A stretch of 64,000 nt of DNA, taken from the human T2T-CHM13v2.0 reference genome, Homo sapiens. A model generated the notes under the pieces. It worked only from the letters and a program-made list of their open reading frames with translations. It made no database searches and was not told where the DNA came from. Every line of letters begins with the position of its first letter. Within the stretch, counting starts at the first letter, position 1. The position numbers and the translations under genes were made by a program. Of this stretch, positions 54,501 to 64,000 are shown one piece after another. The stretch is taken from NCBI RefSeq assembly GCF_009914755.1, contig NC_060928.1; one strand, written 5' to 3'.

Positions 54501-55293
54501 CTGTAGCCAAGGCAAAGAGTGGATAGTCACCCAGAGACAGGCCTGTTGAGCTTTCTTCAGGGCTTACCAAATGTTACTGGATAAATAGGGAGGGTTCTCT
54601 GAGTTAGGTCTGCTGGACTTTCATCAGCAATTTCTTCTGAGATTCCTTCCACATATAAAAACACACACTAAGATGAGATGGACAGAAGGCCTTCCAAATC
54701 AGATTTCTAACCAAAAACTCCAAGAGTATCCCTTCCAAACTATCCTCCTATTTTCCATCTAAGAAATCTCCCCAAAATCTTCCTGATTGGAAAGAAGTCT
54801 CCAAAACCAAGACTCTTCCTACTAGTTAAGGAGAGCCAACTGAGACCTGACCCCCCCAGGAGCTGAACTGAGACCAACACCCTGCAATGGGGCTACAGAC
54901 AAACCAAGACCCTCAAAGGACCCAAACCAAGACAGACACCCATGATCGAGCTACAAACAGACACCCCACCATGGGGCTACAGAACCAGCTGGGAGAAGCA
55001 AGGAGGTGTTGGCAGTGCCTAGGATACTCACCAACCCAGACACTCTGAAATGGGTCTACAGACAGACACCCTGTGAAAGAGCTACATTTAAGGGATGTCT
55101 CTTCAGGACTGTTTCTCTATTGCAATTAAATCCATGCACCTTGGGTCAGCAGCACCCCACCAGTGGAGAGAGTATCAGAATCAGTCTCTAGTCCAAGAGA
55201 ACTAGGCGGCCACTTGGGCTGGCTTCTAGATCCATCACCAGAGGAGGGCTACCAAACAGCAGGCAGGTAGGCACAAGGGCAATCCCCCAAATT
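50619..55293 (-). mobile_element. Non-coding ERV1 internal region (HUERS-P1/MER4-group), 3'-truncated
   Basis: Abuts the LTR8 U5 end through a PBS remnant; typical MER4-group internal sequence; no intact gag/pol/env ORFs; no 3' LTR found. Confidence 0.75.
54467..54496 (+). repeat. G30 homopolymer
   Basis: 30 consecutive G preceded by GGTGGGGC. Confidence 0.9.
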
Positions 55294-55434
55294 TGTAACT
55301 GACCAATGGGTTCACCTTGCCTCTTGCCTAGATATAACTGATTTCTCAAGATAGGGGAATTACAATAGAGAAAGTAATTCACACAGAGCTAGCTGTGCAG
55401 GAGGCCGGAGATTTATTATTACTCAAATCAGTCT
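55294..55434 (-). mobile_element. LTR8-like 5' LTR, R/U5 end only
   Basis: TGTAACTGACCAATGGGTTCACCTTGCC...GGGGAATTACAATAGAGAAAG...TTATTATTACTCAAATCAGTCT is the antisense LTR8 3' terminus. Confidence 0.82.
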
Positions 55435-55439
55435 ACTTA

Positions 55440-58180
<2,741 letters not shown>

Positions 58181-58189
58181 TCTTACATA

Positions 58190-59550
58190 TTTGGATATTT
58201 TGTTCTTCTAGATGTATTCTTATGTTTAAATATATTCCCTGTATATTCTACATATCTTCTTATAAAGATGGATTTCTTAATTTTCCCAGTAAGTGATTTT
58301 TTTACAGAATTTCTATATAACATTATATATTGAATGGTATACTGTTAGATTCTTGCAAAATTTCATTTACCATCCTGTCTTCATTCTTCTGTTGGTTTCT
58401 TTGAACAATTAAACCTTAGATTATTTGTTTTATTATTACTCATCTTCTCACTTTTAGCTTGTTATTTGAATCTACTTATTTTTTCTAAGTTTTCCATGCA
58501 TATTTAAAACCTTCAAAATGTTTACTTTTAAATCTTATCCCAAATTCTACAAAGACTCTAAAATATATTTACCTAAATATACAACATTTTATTTACATGA
58601 TAATGTTTATCTGACCATGCATACATTTTTATTTAACACTTTCATAACATAATCTCGGTTGTGTACACTACTTTGTTTCACTGTTATATTCTGTAAGCAA
58701 ATTCAAGATATTATTCTATTCATGTCTGGCTTCCTTCCATAATAATTGTTTACCAAAAATAAATAAACTTTGGTAAATTCAATAGTTCTTCCTCTAGCTG
58801 ATTTTTATCTGATCTTTTCTTTTTCTTTGATGTTTTTTAGTTTTGCTGCAATAAAGTTCTGAATTGCTCCTTTTATGCTTCTTTTAAAAAATCTGTCTCT
58901 GCCTGTGGATGTATATCTTTCAACAATTCTTTAAAAAATGCAGTGATTTTTTGGAATATTTTTTCTTTTTTAAAACATTTTTCCTCTGTTTTCTCAGCTT
59001 AACGTATACTGGATCTGCTTATTTTTATCTGCTATGTCTCTTAACCTTCCTTTTATCGCTTCCATGTGCTAGTTATATTCTGGTAATTTCTTCAGATCTA
59101 ATTTCTAATTTATTTATTCTGTTTCCAGCACTGTCAAAATTTCTGTTTAATTCATTTACTGAGCTTTTAATTCCAATAGCATAACTTATGAGTTTTAAAA
59201 TATTACTTGATTTTTTTCCAAACAACCTGTTATTTTAAGTAAGCTTTAATTACTGACTCATTTTTTACTACAAGATTTATCTTTGTTTTTTCAATACTTT
59301 AAATATTTTTTAAAATTTTGAACTCTACATTTCATAATTTAAGGGTTGAAATGTAATATATTTGATATATCTGTTGTTTTTGTTGACATCAATAGTGTTA
59401 ATTTATTTAAACATAAATAATAGTTTATTTAATATTTATTTATAACTTAATATTTATAAATACCAAGAACATAACTTTGTAAATTCTTATGTCCATAGAT
59501 ATATTAACTTTGTTTCTCCTAAAAATTATCTACACCTTATCAATATAGGT
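58190..59550 (-). mobile_element. Old L1 fragments (L1ME-like)
   Basis: T-rich degenerate antisense ORF1-like sequence (ATTCTGGTAATTTCTTCAGATCTA...TTCTGTTTAATTCATTTACTGAG). Confidence 0.5.
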
Positions 59551-59799
59551 CCACTAAATCCACCTTCAAGGATGCCAGCATGATCTAGGATGCTCATGTT
59601 TACTTTGCTCACACTTTGGTGTTCCCAGTTTTAGGGTTTGATTCTAATTTTGATATTGTAATTCCTCATACCCTGAACAAGTTTGGACTAGATTAAAATA
59701 TAAGTGGTACAAGATAAATGTCTATAAAATCAATAAACTAACAAAATACAAAAGAAATTATCTTTCAGAAGAGATTTTTTATCTTGTTAGCTTAGACTG

Positions 59800-59970
59800 A
59801 TAATTAGATAAATATATGTTATCTGTGTAACATATGCAGTAATATATCTATCTATATAATATTTAACATACATATATTTGTAGCATACGTATATATGTGA
59901 TATATATGTAATAAATAAATATGCAACATATAAAATATATGTGTACCATATATAGGTAGTGTATATAAAT
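59800..59970. repeat. TA-rich low-complexity block
   Basis: Degenerate (TA)n/(CATA)n. Confidence 0.7.
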
Positions 59971-60949
59971 CAAGGAAATAAAAAAGAAAGATAAAAGTAC
60001 TTCACAAATATCTATTTTTTAAAAAAATGAATGCATTCTAAAGGTCTTTATTATGTTCAGGAACTCTTGGCAGCTTTCCCTGCATTCTGCAACACAGAGT
60101 TTAGTAGGACTTTCTGGAGTCTCCTCAAGTTTTTCAGTCTAACTTTAGTTAATTATTACTACTTAACTTCTCAAATACCATCATGAGTGCCCAACTTCTC
60201 AATGAGGCTTACAGTGTTCTCAGATTACTGTTGAGAAGTGAGCCACATGTGTTCGAGTGCTCTGAGAGCACTCTAAACTTATATAGGTTTTCTACATTCT
60301 CTCTCTTTTAACATTCTGACTCTTAGCATCTACACCAATAATGTATTCTATTGTTCATTTTTCCCCCTCTAAAGATTTTCTTGTCACAGCCTTCTGAGTT
60401 ATCTTTCCTGAAAAGAACATGGAGAATAATTTATATTTTAAAAACCATGGCTCTTAAATTGTTATGTATTTTTCTCTACCAAGTTACATATGACATAAAC
60501 ACTATGCAAAGTACTCTGAAAATTAATATTTTAGATTTCAAAAAAATCTTTCCTTTTTCAAAAAGCTGGTTTTTTAAATGCAAAACTTTGGCAATGGTTT
60601 TATTATGAGTTCAAAAGAAATATATGTAGATACTTAATTGGCTTCTTCATCTTCTGTAGTTAATGTGTGTCTTCTTTCCCCTGGGACAATAAGACAGACT
60701 CAAGGTCTAATTTTGAAGCTCAGAACCCTACAAATAAACTAATAAAAAAGTACAGATAAAAATAAATTACTTTAAATAATAAATATATCATTAATTATCC
60801 AAATATCATGGATAAAAATCATGATCATATAATCTCATTGCATAATAATTAACATTGGTTTATCTGTATCTATAAAAGGCAATATACATATCATAACTTG
60901 TGTTAAAATTCCTTAAATGTAACCTGGTTCTTGCTTATCTCTTCAGAAT

Positions 60950-61248
<299 letters not shown>

Positions 61249-61543
61249 CTCTCCAGGATTTTCTATAGTCACCCTTTCTCTAATACTCACTGATAGAGCT
61301 CACTCTTTACATAAACAAAATTTCATGGAGTTCTGAAAAATGGCAGATTATACTTAATGTTAATTTTGTAGTTTCCATCATTCTGAACTATATCTTTCAC
61401 ACAATCCCGAATATTCTTTTCCATTAACACTTATTCATTTTTGTAAACTCAATGCCATTTCAATTTCTCCAATAAAATCTTTACTGCCATTCTTAAGTAA
61501 AAGGGACCATTTTCTTCTTTGTTTACTATTCATCATCTGCATA

Positions 61544-62093
61544 TGTGATGGTTAATATTGAGTGTTAACTTGATTGGATTGAAGGATGCAAAGTATTGGT
61601 CCCTTGTATGTCTGTGAGGGTGATGCAAAAGGAGATTAACATTTGAGTCAGAGGACTAGGAGTGGCATACCCACCCTCAATTTGGGTGGACACCATCTAA
61701 TCAGCTGCCAGTGCTGATAGGATAAAATCAGGCAGAGAAACATGGAAGGACTAGACTGGCTAAGACTTCTGGCCTCTATCTTTTTCCCACTCTGGATGCT
61801 TCCTGCCCTCGAACATCAGTCTCCAAGTTTTTCAGCTTTTGGACTTTTGGACCTACACCACTGGTTTGCCCGGGGCTCTTGAGCCCTTCAGCCACAGACC
61901 GAAGGCTGCACTGTCGGCTTTCTTACTTTTGAAGATTTGGGACTCAGACTGACTTCCCTACACCTCAGCTCGCAGACTGCCGATTGCGGGATTTCACTTT
62001 GTGATCGTGTGAGTCAATACTCCTTAATAAACTCCCTTTCATATATGCATCTATCCTATTGCCCTGTCCTTCTAGAGAACCCTGACTAATACA
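61544..62093 (+). mobile_element. HERV-L solo LTR, MLT2A2/MLT2A1
   Basis: TGTGATGGTTAATATTGAGTG...GATTGGATTGAAGGATGCAAAG start and CTAGAGAACCCTGACTAATACA end; 550 bp; perfect TSD GCATA (61539-61543, 62094-62098). Confidence 0.93.
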
Positions 62094-63614
62094 GCATACA
62101 TCTATTTTTAGTTAATAAAACATGTTATTACACTTAAACGTTGATATGCCTATTTTCTAGTATAGGCTACAATAACTTTGGAAGAATGTCCTAGTTAGTA
62201 CTGTATCAATAAAACAAAGTACACAGCAAGCCCAACATAGTTATGCATAAAATTATGCTACATTTTAAAAGATAAATGATGTCTCTTGATTAGTAAGCTT
62301 TTGTGGATTATTTCCCCTTGCTTAGAGATGGAAATACTTCCTAGAAAATTAGTATTCATTTTTAATTTTATTACATATTCTAATATTAATGCATGTGCAA
62401 CTCATAATGATAAGAGTAAGTGAATATAGAAAAAAAAAGTGCCCTACTAGATGGAATTAATGTACTTAACTCTTTGATTTAATGCTAAAAATGCATCTCC
62501 TAGGGGATTTTTACTGAAAGAAATGTAATTACTGATTATAATAGGAAAGATCAGAAAACGAGGGCATATTTAATAATTGCACAGAAATTGCCTCATTGCA
62601 TTCATGTTCTGAAAATGTTTCTTAACAAATCATCATTGTATTTATTGTTCATTGAAAATATCTTATATTTTATTTCTTTTCCAAAAATGCAATATGCTAT
62701 TTTTATAGAAAACTAATGCCTGAGATTTCTGATAATCTCCAACTGGAGGCAAAACTATAATTAGAGATATGTAGGTATAGTATCACAGTACCTGGCTTAC
62801 AGAGTTCAGAATTCTTAGACCTCAAGGGCATCATGGATTCTAATTATCTTCTCATTGTTCATTCTTTGTAATGCACATTGTATCCCTCCCCTCAAACCCT
62901 TCCCTTTTTTTTTCTATATTTTTAGCCAGGCTTGAAATCCTTATGAGAAAAATTTTCAGGAGAACATAAAATGATGGTATAGAATATGAAAATATTAATA
63001 AGGAAGACTTAAAAAATGTGATTCCGGAAAGCTCACTCTTAATCATTTACTGAATGTGAGTCACAGTCAGGGTTATTATCTCAGAACTATGTAATATTTA
63101 GCAGAAAAAAATACCTATAAATGAATCAAGAAAATATAAAGCATAATAAAATTAGCACACATTTGTGTTTGGAAATTCATTTCTCATAAAAAATAAGTCA
63201 TTTTGATTGTGGGGTTTGTTTAAAGAAGCTTTAGTTTTTAATGAATTTAAATAATTTTGTCCTATTTAACCATCACAAAAACAATTCTATCATTTCTTTC
63301 ATTCTAATTGCATGTTTCATATTAATGCTGCCACTATTTACCTTAATTTAATACTCTCCACATTCATTTATCTTTTATATATCCTTTTTTAAACCATAAC
63401 TAACATGACCAGCCATCATAGTAGCCCTCTGTCCAAAGCATTCTTTTTGAAGTGAGTGAAATAACCTGTAAATACAGACAATACTTATTTTTCACAGTCT
63501 CATAAATTTGTGACCACTGTCTTAAGGGGAAAAAAAAAAGCAACAGCTTCTCTTTATCATTTTAACTATATGTCATTATAATGGACCACACAATGAGGAG
63601 AACCTCTAGCTCTC

Positions 63615-63720
63615 TGGCACATGTATACCTATGTAACCTGCACGTTGTGCACATGTACCCTAGAACTTAAAGTATAATTAAAAAAAAAAGAAAGAAAAGC
63701 AAGAAATAAACAAATAAAAA
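63615..63720 (+). mobile_element. Very short L1PA 3' terminus
   Basis: GGCACATGTATACCTATGTAAC-CTGCACGTTGTGCACATGTACCCTAGAACTTAAAGTATAAT plus A-rich tail. Confidence 0.88.
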
Positions 63721-64000
63721 TTACCACACACAAAAAACTTATTCTCTACAAATGTCCATAGGTGAAAGTGACTACTTTTATGCCAAGTCTATGGGATTAA
63801 AGAGATATTTTGAGATGTTATGTCTATAAGGCTGACTATAGGGTCTGTGAAAATACTGTAAGAATGACAGAATGGAGATTGTAGTGAAGAGTTTTGGAAA
63901 GGAAAGGAGTTTCTAATTTCTGGCCAGTTTATAGATTTTTAAAGACACTGTGGCTTCAGCATTGTTCCTCATGTCCATTTTCTCAGAGATTTTTCTATAT

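Noticed and set aside
54334-54570. Polyproline-containing ORF
   Set aside because: The proline run is just the G30 tract read on the minus strand.
63578-63732. TSD or 5' extra sequence around the short L1PA tail (ACCACACA on both sides)
   Set aside because: The match is only 8 bp and offset about 25 bp from the L1 start; too weak to claim.

Overview
This is AT-rich, repeat-dense primate (very probably human) intergenic or deep-intronic DNA. I find no protein-coding exon, CpG island or functional RNA gene. The ORF track consists of chance ORFs, microsatellite translations and decayed Alu/L1/LTR frames. The window holds at least 7 Alus, many L1 fragments of different ages, MaLR/ERVL/ERV1 LTRs, a truncated LTR8/HUERS-P1-like provirus and several DNA-transposon fossils. 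The clearest notable structure is a full-length U6 snRNA copy fused to a 5'-truncated L1 inside one 14-bp target-site duplication (36996-38959). This is a known but uncommon chimera class. Other structures read directly from the sequence: one target site present three times after serial L1/Alu insertion (5104-6370); a twin-primed inverted L1; a near-consensus AluY with intact CpGs; a diverged ~200-bp local duplication of apparently non-repeat DNA; TA-rich blocks bounded by or containing long inverted repeats; a G30 tract; and a perfect DUX4 motif in a THE1/MST LTR. I do not see evidence for a genuinely new biological system. Repeat subfamily names come from recalled consensus sequences and need RepeatMasker/Dfam confirmation.
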